DNA of 62,667 nucleotides, filler included, from Mitosporidium daphniae (taxonomy: Eukaryota), in assembly GCF_000760515.2 (NCBI RefSeq). It is 2 parts of 2 records of this genome, joined end to end, with 100 filler letters (N's around TTAATTAATTAA, not from the genome) between each part and the next. Parts side by side here need not be neighbours in the genome. Positions count along the whole stretch, not along the records: positions 31,385 to 62,667 come from NW_013546234.1; 1 more part is not named here. One strand, given 5' to 3'. Below the pieces are notes generated by a model. The model saw only the letters and a program-made list of their open reading frames with translations. It did no database searches and was not told the DNA's origin. The position numbers and the translations under genes were made by a program. Positions 47,212 to 59,629 of the stretch are shown piece after piece. Within the stretch, counting starts at the first letter, position 1; each line of letters opens with the position of its first letter.

Positions 47212-49086
47212 ATGACGTCGTCGGTTTTGGCCAGCTGCGAAAACTTGAAAAAAAATTACAATCCTTCCGCCAATCACAAGTCAAAAGTCTCTCCTTATCA
47301 CGAAAGGCCCATTCTATGTACCGCTGCTGTAAACAAATCGGACTCTACCTCTGCCGTGGTAAATACGACATCAGGGAATGTCACACCACCGGGATTTCGC
47401 TACATCCGCTCGTTGGGCAGGGGCTCTTATGGGCGTGTAGAGCTCTGTCAGAACACCGCAACAGATGCATTTGTTGCCATCAAATACATCAACAAAAGCT
47501 TTCTTTGCACGCACAGGCAGCTAAACCGCGTGCGAAGAGAAGTGCGCATCCTAACGCTGCTCGAGCACCCACACATCATCCAGCTGAAGGGCGTCATTGA
47601 GACACCCGAATCAATCCTGATGGTGCTTGAATATGTCCCGCATGGCGAACTCTTTGAGTTTATTTCTGCACGTGGTCACCTGACAAACATGGAGGCACTT
47701 GTTGTGTTCAGGCAGCTGCTCTCTGCCGTCGCTTATTGTCACGCCAACTGCATTATCCACCGGGACTTGAAGCCGGAAAACATTCTTCTTGGGCGTGACC
47801 TCTCCGTTAAAGTGGCCGATTTTGGGTTTGGGGCTGTTTTTGGCCATATCCCGCTTCTGTCGACCTTTTGTGGATCGCCACACTATGCGGCTCCGGAGAT
47901 GCTCTCTGGCACGCCCTATTGTGGCCCAGAAGTAGACATATGGAGTCTTGGGGTTATTCTCTTTGTAATGCTGACCGGAAAGCTTCCCACTCATGACTCT
48001 TCCCCACATTCGTTGAGAGAAACACCCTCTTTTCCACTGGTAGTTTCCGCCACCGAGGCAAGTCTCTGTTCTAGTTCTGCAGATTTGCTCCGCAGAATCT
48101 TGGTGTCTGGTTCGAGCAACAGGGCAACACTGGCAGAAATTCTCGCCCATCCTTGGGTTCGTTCCGTAGACATAGATCTTCCCTACTCTTTCATTCCATA
48201 TCGCGAGCCAATCTCCGAAAAAAATCTGAACACAGAAATTGTCTCCTATCTTTGCCAATCTGGCTATGATGAAGAGAATATCCGGCGGATACTTATACAG
48301 AAAGAACCGCACCCACTCAAGGCCGAATACTATCTTTTAATGGAGCGTGACACTCCTAAAATACTCTTGTCATCTTCAAAGACACACTCGTCGCCAAAAA
48401 AAGCACATCAATTAATTTCGATGCCTTCGTCACCGCCTATGATTCATAATCGACGCTATTCATTGGAGAGCTCATTTTCGGCGGGGACCAGAGACCGGTC
48501 TGTCAGCCCCGTGCGGAGGTTGCTGACACGCGTATCTTCGTTTTTTACCTCTTCACCGAGCAGACAAACCCCGACGGAATCGATATTCAAACCGCTTGTG
48601 GAAGCCTCTTCGTCAACGCGCGAGAGACGTTCTTCTATGCCTGGGCTACCTGTATATATGCCCGTCCCGGAGCCGTCATCTGTCGCTGCTGATGTACTGC
48701 ATAACCCCCGAAAAGTGATGGAAGGAAACTCCTCCTCCATCATCACCCTCCATTCACTCAAGGTTCCAGAGATCTCTTTCGCAGTCACATCCTTCCTCAA
48801 TAAAATGGGAATGATTTTCTCTGCTCGCGATCCCCGAAACCCGTTCAAACTGTGGTGCGAAAACCGACAGACAGGCCATGGCGAGTTTCCATTGCTCGCG
48901 CTCACTGTGGAGGTGGTGGAGATATGTTTTGGCCATCGCGAGCGAGGGGCTCCGCCCCCCTCTCTGTTTGGCTTGGAGTGCCGGCGGATATGCGGGGGCT
49001 CATGGGTTGTTTTCCGCCGCATGATGACGCTGCTCAACAGACACATTTCGGAGTTGTATGAAGAACCGCAGCTGCCCGATGCTTAG
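47212..49086 (+). CDS. Kin1/MARK/AMPK-related Ser/Thr kinase (kinase, UBA-like, KA1-like C-terminus)
   Basis: GRGSYGRV, HRDLKPEN, DFG, TFCGSPHYAAPE, GPEVDIWSLG and a C-terminal LECRRICGGSW..FRR. Confidence 0.92.
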   Translation: MTSSVLASCENLKKNYNPSANHKSKVSPYHERPILCTAAVNKSDSTSAVVNTTSGNVTPPGFRYIRSLGRGSYGRVELCQNTATDAFVAIKYINKSFLCTHRQLNRVRREVRILTLLEHPHIIQLKGVIETPESILMVLEYVPHGELFEFISARGHLTNMEALVVFRQLLSAVAYCHANCIIHRDLKPENILLGRDLSVKVADFGFGAVFGHIPLLSTFCGSPHYAAPEMLSGTPYCGPEVDIWSLGVILFVMLTGKLPTHDSSPHSLRETPSFPLVVSATEASLCSSSADLLRRILVSGSSNRATLAEILAHPWVRSVDIDLPYSFIPYREPISEKNLNTEIVSYLCQSGYDEENIRRILIQKEPHPLKAEYYLLMERDTPKILLSSSKTHSSPKKAHQLISMPSSPPMIHNRRYSLESSFSAGTRDRSVSPVRRLLTRVSSFFTSSPSRQTPTESIFKPLVEASSSTRERRSSMPGLPVYMPVPEPSSVAADVLHNPRKVMEGNSSSIITLHSLKVPEISFAVTSFLNKMGMIFSARDPRNPFKLWCENRQTGHGEFPLLALTVEVVEICFGHRERGAPPPSLFGLECRRICGGSWVVFRRMMTLLNRHISELYEEPQLPDA

Positions 49087-49178
49087 AGTTATTACGGAAA
49101 GCCTGGAATGTTTCCCGACCCATCGCAGGGGTCCCGATGCTGCCTGCCTATATCTCAAGGCTCCCTTAAATCATTTAT

Positions 49179-52100
49179 TTAGACCGGACCCACCCACAGA
49201 GGGTTATCGATTTCGATGGCATTGCGGCCTTCAGGCCCCAAGCGAAACCCTCTACTTTGAAAGGCATGACTCCGAAAGAATTGCTGCACCTCGGTAGCGC
49301 CCAGGTTTTTTGCCTACAAATAAGATGGAGGGAACAGGACACGATCCAATAAAGTCAAAAGCCCGTTAAAAACATCGGATAAGGTAAATGGACAGGAGAA
49401 AAATTGGGGTCAATACATACCTTGGCAAGGAACAGAGTGCGATCGATGGAAAGCACCCTGGGCATTGAGATTGGGGACGAACTATAGCGATGCTGGTAGT
49501 AAGCAAGAGTCTCTCGCACGAGCTCTTGTAGCGTAAAAAGGAGCAGCTGCTCTACATCTCGACCAGAGGAGAGGTAATAAGAAAAGGTGCGCTGGAGTCT
49601 CTTTGAGACGGCATACTTTTGGGAGGAAATAAATGACTCCAGCATCATGCGAATGGCCGTATTGACGTCCACGGGAAGGATTTCTTCGCGCAAGTGCATG
49701 CGGGCATGTGCCTCTGCCATGCGCACCATAGACTCGACGTGGCGGACCGTCATCGGGATGCCACCTGTTGCAATGGACTCTTTTCGCAGCTCTGCATAAA
49801 CACGAGCAATTTTCTCGGACTCCACTGACGAACGCAGCATTGGGAACACACGGCTCTTGGCAAAGATTAGGTACTTGCGCAGCATCTCCTGGCTTAAAAC
49901 GTGCTAGAAATAACAAGCGATGCGGCAAACCTTTTCCTCGGTGCCCTGGTCAAGGGCGGCCGATGGCTGATTTTCCTTTTTGCCCCGGTTTTGGTCAGGA
50001 TGCGACCTGTCGTGGCTTTCAACCACAAAAGATGCCAATCTGGAATCATTTTCCACATCGACAACATCTTTGACCACGCACAGAATATCAAAGCGGGAGA
50101 GAATCGGTTCGGAAAGATCCACATTCTGCCCAAAGCTCAGCGAAGCGTTATAGCGACCGCGCAGCGGATTTGCAGCCGAAATGACGGAACATCTTGCTTG
50201 AAGCGAGGTGACAATGCCCGCCTTTGAAATGGAGATCGACTGCTGTTCCATAGCCTCGTGGATGGAAGTACGATCTGCATCGTTCATCTTGTCAAACTCG
50301 TCTATCAGGCATATGCCCTTGTCTGCCAGCACTAGGGAGCCGCCCTCCAACGTCCATTCTCTCGTTGCCGGGTCCTTGCGCACGGAGGCTGTCAGACCGA
50401 CGGCAGAAGCCCCCTGCCCCGTGGCATAGACAGAGCGCGGTGCGATGCCATTTACGTATTTCAAAAACTGCGACTTTGCTGTGCCGGGATCGCCTAACAT
50501 CAACAGATTGATGTCGCCCCTTAAGCGAATTCTGCCTCTTTGCAAAGACTTGGGGATGCCCCCAAACATGGCAAGCGCAATGGCCATCTTGATGTTCTCA
50601 TGGCCATAAATGGAGGGTGCAATGGCATTTACGATCTTGCGCCCAATATTTGGGTCTGTGCCAAGAAGCCTGATCTTCTGGATCTCATCCTCCGTCAGAA
50701 GGATCAGATCTGAGCCGGGCGAATCTCCGCTCCGCTTTTGAACAACGTTTGCCTCAATGACGGTCGAAAAGACCGGGAAGCCGTGTTTTGCGTTCAACTG
50801 GTACGAGTAATTGTATGCATAAATGCCTGTCAGATCAACCTCGTCTCCCGGGCGAACAGAATCGATCAGGTCAGATAGGAAAATCACGTCTTTGGAACGC
50901 GGGAGTCTGCCAGCAGGCACACTGCCAGGTACCTCCTGCAGTGTAATGAGCTGATAATTGCGATAGACGGTCAGCGACTCGTTGATGCGGAAGGGACCCC
51001 GAGAGTCGCAAACGGTACACGCATTGATTTTGAGCTCCGTGGACAGATCCTGAGTGAACGGCCCCAGCGTTGCGCCGCATTTGACACAGTCCATTTTGAC
51101 CAGCTTCAGCTGCGGAAAGACTGAAGAGCGTCTGGTGACGACCCCCAAAATGCGGACCAGTCCGTTCAAATGGGATCTGCGTAAATCGCGAATACTTTCG
51201 ATCGAAGGTAGGTCGGTGATGCGGACACGCAGCTCCTGCCTGATGCGATCATATTCGGGGAAATGCTCCAACACCACCCGCATCGTCACATCATCCATAA
51301 TTTTAAGCACCTCTCTCGGGGCAGCGAGAAGCAGCCTGGTCAGCAGGGGTGCTGCCTCTGCCAGGTGCAGGTAAGACAGATGAAGCGATTCTGAATTTGT
51401 TGCGCACATTTCCCGGATGCGCATAGAATAGACAGAACGGCCCTCGGCATCCAGAAAAGTGGTCAACAAGGTGCGATAGTCCCGTGCGGCTCTTCGGCGA
51501 CAAGAATCAAGCCCAATCAAATCGCGAAGCGAATAGGGACTCGACGAAGAGGCAACCGGGGTGCCCGTGCTGCCAGAATCCACGGCCCCCGTTGTTAAGA
51601 GGTCCGAAAAAATGGCATCTTCCTCTTTTTCGTGCAAAATGTCGGTGGCAGTCCCAAAGTCGGCAAGAAATCCATCAGCTAGAAAAGAAAAATTGTGGAA
51701 AACCTTCTTTGGAAAGCAAAAGCTGGCGGTGGGCCCTCTTGCTCTCAAAAGGTAGCGTCTTCAGGCCATCCCTGTCAGTTTCGCTGTCCGGGTCTTGGCG
51801 ATCGGGGATGTCCTCCAAAGAGGAGGGAAGGAACATGTCCGGAATTCGAGATTGGCGCTTCAGCCTTTCCAAATTTCGCTGGTCCAGCTGCGCATCAATT
51901 GCAAGGCGTTCTGACAATGGGATCGGTGCATAGTCGGTCTCGTCATCCAACTGCGAAGAGGAGTAGTTGTCCAGATGTGGCATCTCTGCGTAATCCCTTG
52001 CAAATATGAAAACAAAGCTACCTCTCCATGTGTTCGCCGAATAAATCCTCGCCTTCGTCAGAGTCTCGCTCAACAATACGTCTTTCGCGTTCGAAAAACT

Positions 52101-52341
52101 CGGCCCTGCTTTGATTGACATGTATGTGTGCATCTTCTCCATCATCACTGTCATCGGTGTCTTGATCGCCCTCCATTCGTGGCGGTGTAAAAGACTCCTC
52201 ATCGTCAAAAGGATCGATCTGATCATTCTCTGGCCCTCTTCCAAGATCAGATGCCCGAACTAGGCGCCTTTTTCTGTGCTCATCCTAAATTTGGAAATGC
52301 AAGCATACCGGAGAAGAAGAAGTCGATGCATTAGCGCCCAT
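49179..52341 (-). CDS. MCM2: DNA replication licensing factor Mcm2
   Basis: Histone-binding GEDLFGEHMERDY, zinc finger, GDPGTAKSQ, IDEFDKM and SRFD. Introns at 52285-52308, 51997-52021, 51679-51703, 49904-49930 and 49314-49420. Confidence 0.97.
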
Positions 52342-52460
52342 TTACCGGTTGCAATATATCGGGTAATGATTTATTGATTAAATTGCAATCGAATTTATTT
52401 CAAATTATGCACGGCGTTGAGCATTTTAATTTATTTTAATTAAATTGGCCAAATTTACAA

Positions 52461-53741
52461 ATGCTCTTCAAGCGCCTTTTGCCTGCTGCCAGAGTCATTG
52501 GTGTCAGATGGAACAGTGGCTCGAAAAAGGGAATCTTTTCCGAGATCCTTGATTCCGTCAGAAATGAAGTGTCAAAAGATGACGAGCTTCAAGCCTCCCT
52601 CACAAGGATGGAGGCACGTTTGACAGACGTCAAGCAAAATCCGGCATTGAGGGCCGTTAAGGATGCCACCAAAACCCTTCTCTCGAAAAACGCGCATCTT
52701 GTAAATGAACTCTCCCGTCTTCAAAAGAAGGGAGACGAGCTCATTATTAGCAGGCTTGGCCGGCGACGGGCAAAAAAGAGCACCTTGGGCGCTAGCCCTT
52801 CCACACCCCCCGCCTCGATGGCTAGCAAAGTTTTGGACGCCACAAGAGAAACCGTTTCAGAATCCAAAATCATCAAAAATTTCAGCCGTTCCGTCAGCAG
52901 CGTCCAATCGACACTGGTTGATGAAACGGACTCTTATCTTTATGGCGGGTTTTCTCATCGCGAACTGCGTCGCCATGCCGTAGCAAAAAGGAAGAGCCCC
53001 AATTCTGCGGGCTCTAAACTGCCAATAGTGGAGGAGAATCCAGATGCTGGTACAGCTCTTTCTATATCTGAACAGGTGTCGACCATCAAGGGGCGCGTCT
53101 CCAACGCACTTTCCACGGCTTGGAGCAACCTTTGCCAACAAAATCCGGTCATCAAAAAGGCCTTTGAAGTACGCCGCTCGTATGAGGAATCGAACAATAT
53201 TTTTGTTTTCCTTGCTCGCTCGCTCACGTCAACGGTGTCCAGCCCCTTCAAGTCTTTCCTGTTCAAAGAGTCTGAAACGGCCCAGGTTGTAAAAGAGATT
53301 CGGCAAATGGATCCTTCCTTTTCAGTGGAGAGCTTTCTTGCGGAGGCAACCAAGGTTATCATTCCCGATATCTTAGAGGCAATAATTTTACTGGACCGGC
53401 CTGCCCTGAAGTCTTGGTGTTCAGAATCCCTTTTTGCGGCCCTTTCTGCAACGCTGTCTCCTCACCTGATTGGGGAGGGCCAAATTTTAGATCTCAGACA
53501 CGTAGATCTGGTTACGGCGAAAATCTCCAATGACCTTCCCATTTTGGTTGTTTCCTTTTCCACGCAGCAGATATCTTGCATAAAAAACTCGATTACTGGA
53601 GAAGTTTCTCGAGGTTCCCTAGATTCGATCGAGTCCGTGTTTTACATGTGGGCCCTCGCAAAGACCCCAGATGTTGATCCACTGACCGGCGGGTGGAGGC
53701 TGATTGAGATGAGCGCCAGGGATGCCCGCTCTGGATTCTGA
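52461..53741 (+). CDS. TIM44: Mitochondrial import translocase subunit Tim44
   Basis: Presequence, YGGF, YEESNN, ESETAQV..EIRQMDPSF, LKSWCSE, ILDLRHVD and GWRLIEM. Confidence 0.95.
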   Translation: MLFKRLLPAARVIGVRWNSGSKKGIFSEILDSVRNEVSKDDELQASLTRMEARLTDVKQNPALRAVKDATKTLLSKNAHLVNELSRLQKKGDELIISRLGRRRAKKSTLGASPSTPPASMASKVLDATRETVSESKIIKNFSRSVSSVQSTLVDETDSYLYGGFSHRELRRHAVAKRKSPNSAGSKLPIVEENPDAGTALSISEQVSTIKGRVSNALSTAWSNLCQQNPVIKKAFEVRRSYEESNNIFVFLARSLTSTVSSPFKSFLFKESETAQVVKEIRQMDPSFSVESFLAEATKVIIPDILEAIILLDRPALKSWCSESLFAALSATLSPHLIGEGQILDLRHVDLVTAKISNDLPILVVSFSTQQISCIKNSITGEVSRGSLDSIESVFYMWALAKTPDVDPLTGGWRLIEMSARDARSGF

Positions 53742-53918
53742 CACATATTTATGCTACATAGACATCCTGTTAATAAATTTGAGATTTTAGCCTCGCTTTG
53801 AAGACACTGCACATGTTGGGCGCTTGAAGCTTGTGATGGCTTCACTTTAGCCCAACCCTAGCCTGGCCGCGATAAATTAATTTGAAACTTTACGCTGATA
53901 ATCCTAGTCGGGTTAGGG

Positions 53919-54688
53919 TTAAAAAGTAGCTGGTTTATTGAAGCGGAATGTCAATACGAACCTGGCACTTGTCATAATTTTTTGTTCAAACGAAGAATCA
54001 GGGTAAGGCACACGCCCAAATCTAAAATCAAGTCCAAGCTTGGGGGCTTGAGATATATTTTGCTCCATTATTTTCTTGGCTTCTTTGATAATCTCAATAC
54101 CATCAACCGTAGTCTTATCCTCTTGATAAAAAGGAGCCCTTGAGGCAAAACTCGAGGTGCAAGAATTTAGACAATTTTTTTCTTTTCCATGAATAACTGC
54201 AAGTTTTTTGAGAGATCGCCAATCCCACAGGCGCTCCGCACAATTTAGCATATTCGATATTGTTCCCATCTTTTCTGAAATAAAAGCCTGCGTTTTAAGA
54301 CTCGAAAATTGAATATTTCAAAGTTGTAAGTTGGACGACGACCAAACAGGCACATTCCTTGGACAATTCTGCTCCATTTGTGTGTTCAATACTTTTTTGA
54401 AAGCTGTAAAAGAGCTCCCAACAATATCGTGTGCATCTACATGTATGTGCAGATGTTTGAAAATAGGAGAATAAACGTTTTTCAAACCGCAAGGAAGAAT
54501 AAATACTTTTGCATCCCCGTTATCAAGGCTTTTAAACAAGTGTACTTTGGATTAGGTCTACGTTCGATAAGCGTACGTTGAATACAGATAATTTCGGTAA
54601 GCAAGTCTTCAATGGGCATATTTTTGATACTGCTACCTTGGAGAGCGATAATTTTCCAAACTACAACATCGGCATCGAGCGAGAACAT
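53919..54688 (-). pseudogene. Fragmented coding-like region of unknown family
   Basis: ORFs 54318-54539 and 53919-54269 share a frame separated by one TGA, and the upstream piece is in another frame. No motif recognised. Confidence 0.3.
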
Positions 54689-54997
54689 CGAGCTCAGTAA
54701 TTACTGAAATGGCCTATTAAACTCGGAAAGCTCAGCCCTAACGCACTATTTTGAATCAGGTGCAATTTAAAAACACCGAACTTTGCCACGCATGTGGAAG
54801 CGATTGGCTCCACAAATCCCCCCACATGACGCCAATTTGATGGTGGCCAGTCAGGGCACCAAGGTTTTCCGCCAGCCTCGTTTAACCCCAACCCAAGTTG
54901 ATGCCTTGATGTCGATTACAAACGGCCAAAGCAGTGTCATCGTTATGATTAGTGTTTATTAGCGGCATATCTTATTAAATAATAATCACTGGTAAGT

Positions 54998-55944
54998 TTA
55001 CAGAAAGTACTTAAAGTACTCGTAGGTTGTCCAGCAAATTGCCGTAGAAGGCATGTGTACAAGGATTCTTGGAACGATTCCTTTGATAAATCCTGCGGGT
55101 CCTGCTGATCGCCAAACCCGGCCAACGGCATCAATGATACCTGCAATCGGAGCTTCAGAAGGATTCCGCGCAACCAGCGTCCTTGTCTGTAAGATTGTCT
55201 TTATCACGTCTAGAGGCGTAGTTACTGCGGATGCGGCAGCCCCCGCAACCGCACCGGCAATGACGTGCGATTTGGGAGAGTACTGATGTGTCGGGTTAAA
55301 TATATCGTGGATTTGCTCGTAAACGCTAAATTGGATAGCCTGGAATGGAATGTTTAGCGCCAGAGTAACAGGATACGAAACATAGAGAGACAAAATGCCT
55401 TCGTTCCGCACAATTCCCAGTGCCGTGGAGAGAAACGATGTGGACGTAGATGCAGATGTGCTTACCGAGAGCGCCTGCATTCTTTGCTTGATCACATCAA
55501 ACGGATTCATAAGGGCATCTGAGGCCATGGTGGCCAGGGAGCCACAAACGCCTGTCTTTACAACCAAGGGAACGGAAGGGGGGAGAAATGTATCCAAAGT
55601 CCTTCTGGACTCCTCGTATGTTGCAAAGTAGAAGGCATGTGCTGGACCAGCACCCATTATCACAGAAATAACTCCCTTCCAAAGACGCTGGTTAGCAATC
55701 CCGCTTTTCAAAGACGATATGGAGCAAGAACCTCGCGTGGTACACACATTTGGAACAAGGGAGACAAGTGAGCTCATTTGCATTCGGGTCTATGGCATAA
55801 AGACGCTAACCCAACCTTAATGGTGTCTATCGGAAAAAACAGCGAATGCTCGGCGATGCCTGCAAAGGCTCCGGCCAGCATGTGAGTCGAAAATGACGAG
55901 TTTCTTGGCAAAGACTCGTAAAGGTCATCCTCATGCACAGCCAT
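54998..55944 (-). CDS. Mitochondrial carrier, mitoferrin (Mrs3/Mrs4) type
   Basis: YESLP...HMLAGAFAGIAEH...PIDTIK|TRMQ (intron 55790-55815), GAGPAHAFYFATYE, NPFDVIKQRMQ and PSTAICWTTYE. Confidence 0.95.
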
Positions 55945-55988
55945 TTAAAATTAAAAATTCGGCCATAAATTTTTTAAAATCCAAGCCA

Positions 55989-57773
55989 ATGGCCGATTCC
56001 AGCTCCTCCACCATTGTGGCTACCTTAGCGCGCACCGCGGCGTTGGGAACAAGGTATGGTGGGGGCACATACATCCCCCCTGCACGCCTTGCAATCATGC
56101 AGCGAGAGGAGCTAAATGATGCTTTGCGCTCTGGAGATGCAACAAAGGCCAGCGATGCTCACCAAAGAGTCTCCTGGGATGCGCTTAAAAAGTCGCTCAA
56201 TGGCCTCATCAACAAGGTAGCATGTTTCGGCTTATCGCTAGGTGAACACTGCAAATATCAAGAACATTGTGATTGAGCTTTTTTCTGAAAACCTCATACG
56301 TGGTCGCGGGCTTTTTGTCCGGTCCCTGCTGAAGGCCCAGTCTGCCTCTCTCCCATTTACCCATGTTTTTGCAGCGCTTATTTCCATCATCAACTCGAAG
56401 ATTCCAATTATCGGCGAGCTGCTCCTTTCGCGGCTCATTCTGCAGTTCCGAAGATCATTTCGACGCAATGACAAGGTAAGTAGTGCTCGCCAATCAACCT
56501 TCCCCTCAGATGCAGTGCTTGGCCTCCATTAAATTTCTTGCTCATCTTGTGAACCACCAGGTTGCGCACGAAGTATTGGCTTTGGAGCTTCTGACGCTTT
56601 TGCTGGAAAACCCGACGGATGATTCTGTCGAAATTGCTGTTGGCTTCATCCGCGAATGCGGTGCACATTTGACCGATGTGGCTTCGAAAGCGACAAATGC
56701 CATTTTCGAACGCTTCAGGGCCATTTTGCTGGAGGCTCAGGTGGATGTCCGTATTCAATGGATGATCCAGGTCCTTTTTCAGATCAGAAAGGACAAGTTC
56801 AAGGTGACCTTGTGTGAAGGTTTATTTTTAGGACAACATTCCAATCGCACAAGAGCTTGATTTGGTTGAAGAAGAGGACAGGATCACGCATCTTTTATCG
56901 CTCGACGACGATATCCAGGTGGACGATTCCCTGGTTATCTTCAGATATGATGACGATTTTGAAGAGAACGAAAAGAAATATTGCGCAATAAGGGAGGACA
57001 TTTTGGGCGAGGTTGAGGATCCATCTCGACTTGACTCCGCAGCGGAGGAGCAACACCCACAAGAAGAGCCTTTGGATCTGAAGGCAGCTATGCCCGCTCT
57101 TGTCATCCGTGACAAGACCAATACTAACATCATCAATTTAAGAAAGGCGGTTTATTTAACTGTCATGTCATCTCTTGAGTTTGAAGAATGTTGCCACAAA
57201 CTGTTGAAGCTTGCAGTTCCGGAGGGCCTTGAGATTGAGGTCTCAAACATGATCATTGAATGCTGTTCGCAAGAAAAGGCCTTCACCAAATTCTACGGGC
57301 TGCTATCGGAAAGATTTTGCAAGCTAAACCAGTCTTGGATGGCCCATTTCGAGGCGTCTTTTGTGGAAACCTACACAACCATTCACCGGCTGGAAACAAA
57401 CAAAATACGGAATATTGCGTACTTGTTTTCCCACATCTTGGCAACGGACGCCATTTCTTGGAACGTTTTCAACTGTATAAAGCTAACAGAGGAGGACACC
57501 ACATCTGCTGGGCGTATCTTCATCAAGTTCCTATTGCAGGAGCTCTCGTTGGAATTGGGGCCCTTGAAGCTGAAATCCCGCTTTTTCCCAAAACCCGTTG
57601 CCCCCGACCAATTTGCCGTGGAGCCTGTGTTTGAGGGTCTTTTTCCAAAGGAAGACCCGCGAAATACCAGATTTGCCATCAACTTTTATACGGCCATCAA
57701 TTTAGGCCAGCTTACCGATGAAATGCGCGCATATTTGAAATGGCTTATGGATATTGCAGCCAAGGAAATTTAA
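55989..57773 (+). CDS. CWC22: Pre-mRNA splicing factor Cwc22 (MIF4G and MA3), multi-exon
   Basis: [47 protein letters not shown] and [15 protein letters not shown]. Three short introns. Confidence 0.97.
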
Positions 57774-57805
57774 ATGCGCAGGCCCATAGAGCTCACCTCC
57801 AAAGA

Positions 57806-57826
57806 AGCCAGCCAGCCAGCCAGCCA
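57806..57826. repeat. (AGCC)5 microsatellite
   Basis: Lies between the convergent CWC22 and SPC25 3' ends. Confidence 0.85.
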
Positions 57827-57889
57827 CTTGGCCAGCCAACCAATCAACGTAGCAACAAAATAAATTCATTTGGAAATTTATTTTGCAAT

Positions 57890-58821
57890 TTACAACATTT
57901 GTCTCTGTGAATAAGCCTTGAAAGCAGCCCTGGCCTGCTTGAGAAACAAATAAAAGTTCCTGTGCTGATTCAGATGATGCAGAATTGCAGATGTCTCTGT
58001 TTCTGGGATCGAGCACTCCGTCACTACAGGTGTTAGCAAACGAAACAGCCGCACCTTGGTAATCCTCAGCACTGACATCAACAACGATAAAGAACTGCCT
58101 TGACCAGTCATTGGGGTCCACATTTGCAAAGCTAAACTTCATTAAATCCTCTAAACAATTAGCAACCATTCCCTCCATAAACTAACTTTTGACCACTTCG
58201 ATGTCCAGCGCCAAAATGGATCTGAAAAATTCGGCCTCTGGCTTTTCCCTGGCTAGCTGATGCACCTGGGCCTGCAATCGCAGGCTTTTTACTACAACGA
58301 TAAAGAAAATGCTAGCTACATTCTCTCTCTTTTTTTAACTTTATCGAAACTTCGTCGATCTTTTTGTGTATTTCTGAAAGGTGCTGAGATATTTTGTTTT
58401 TCTGCTCCGTGAGCTCATCGATACTTTGAATGGCAATTGAAACTTCAGACTGTTCGTTTTCAAGCTCTAATCTTAAATGACAAGATAGAATACCCTTGTG
58501 GATCTTTTTCTTTTGTGCTGAACAGATACGGAACTGCTCTTTGAACTGCTCAATGCTGCCTAAAAATTATTCCACAAATCCAGTACCAGAGTTTTCGGAC
58601 AAAATCTGCGAATATGACGACAGTTCTGACGACAGTGATTGCCTTTTTTGAATAAAAAAGTCGTTAAACAAGCTACCAGCCTCTGCGAGCTCAGATCGAA
58701 TTTCGGAAGAAATTTCTGCTATCTGGGATAGCATTGAAGATGGATTCAAAAAGAGCATCGATGAATCGGGACTGAACGGATCAATATCTCTTGCCCTGAC
58801 TCCAGCGGGAGAACTCGACAT
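57890..58821 (-). CDS. SPC25: Kinetochore Ndc80 complex subunit Spc25, six exons
   Basis: A coiled-coil N-terminus, then the spliced C-terminus LALDIEVV..DLMKFSFANVDPNDWSRQFFIVVDVSAEDYQVTEC...LNQHRNFYLFLKQARAAF, matching the Spc25 RWD domain. Confidence 0.85.
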
Positions 58822-59629
58822 TTTAAAATTTTAATTCCAATTAGCAATGATGGAATAGCTTGAAGCTAGGGTTGGGATGGACCGCAATTTAAGCTCCGGG
58901 TCCAGAGTAAAGGAGTCTGTGTTAAGCAACGTCGATATGTACACATTTGTCTCTGGCTATTAAACATGAAAGCATAGCTACATATTTACCAAAACTAAAA
59001 CCATCTCGAATCTCCTGCGATATGATCGCATGGTACCCGTAAAATATTGAAATTTGATTTTAATAGAACATTGGGGATCCTCCCGTTTGGCTAGTAGTTG
59101 ATGAGCCTGAATTGACTTTTCCATAAGATAGCTCTGCTAATGCCTCAATAAAGGGTTTTCATAGTCTTTGAGTCACCCACAATTGAATTTTCACATCCAC
59201 CGATCGACAGAGGTGCTCATAGAGGTGAAGTTATTTGCAAGTCATAAAGCAGCCTTATTTTAGTGCGTTTTTAGGATTCGGAAGACGCACTGAGAAGCTT
59301 AAATCGAGAAACACATTTAGAAGCTTGTTTTGGCGCGAATTAATCCCAGCTTTTTAGCGGAGGCATTCCCAGATGCCTCCGGAGAGGGAAAGCCGAATTC
59401 ACGCGCATCTTGGTGACTTGAAGGAATAGATTCTACTGGCTCTCGCATCTGTGATACGATGCCTGGTGCATGGCCAGGGCTACCTCGCCTCATTAAAGCA
59501 TGTGTGCACCAACCAGCATACGCTTGAAAAGTACGACGACAATGCTCGTATGTGATTTTTACTTAGCGGTATTAAATGCGTCGAGTTTATTGTTTAATAA
59601 AGCCATTTTGCTGCGTTAATAAAGATGCT

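Noticed and set aside
59095..59112. Hammerhead core, or RNase P/MRP CR-V (CAATTCAGGCTCA on minus)
   Set aside because: The sequence is TTGATGA rather than CTGATGA, and I found no complementary CR-I partner.
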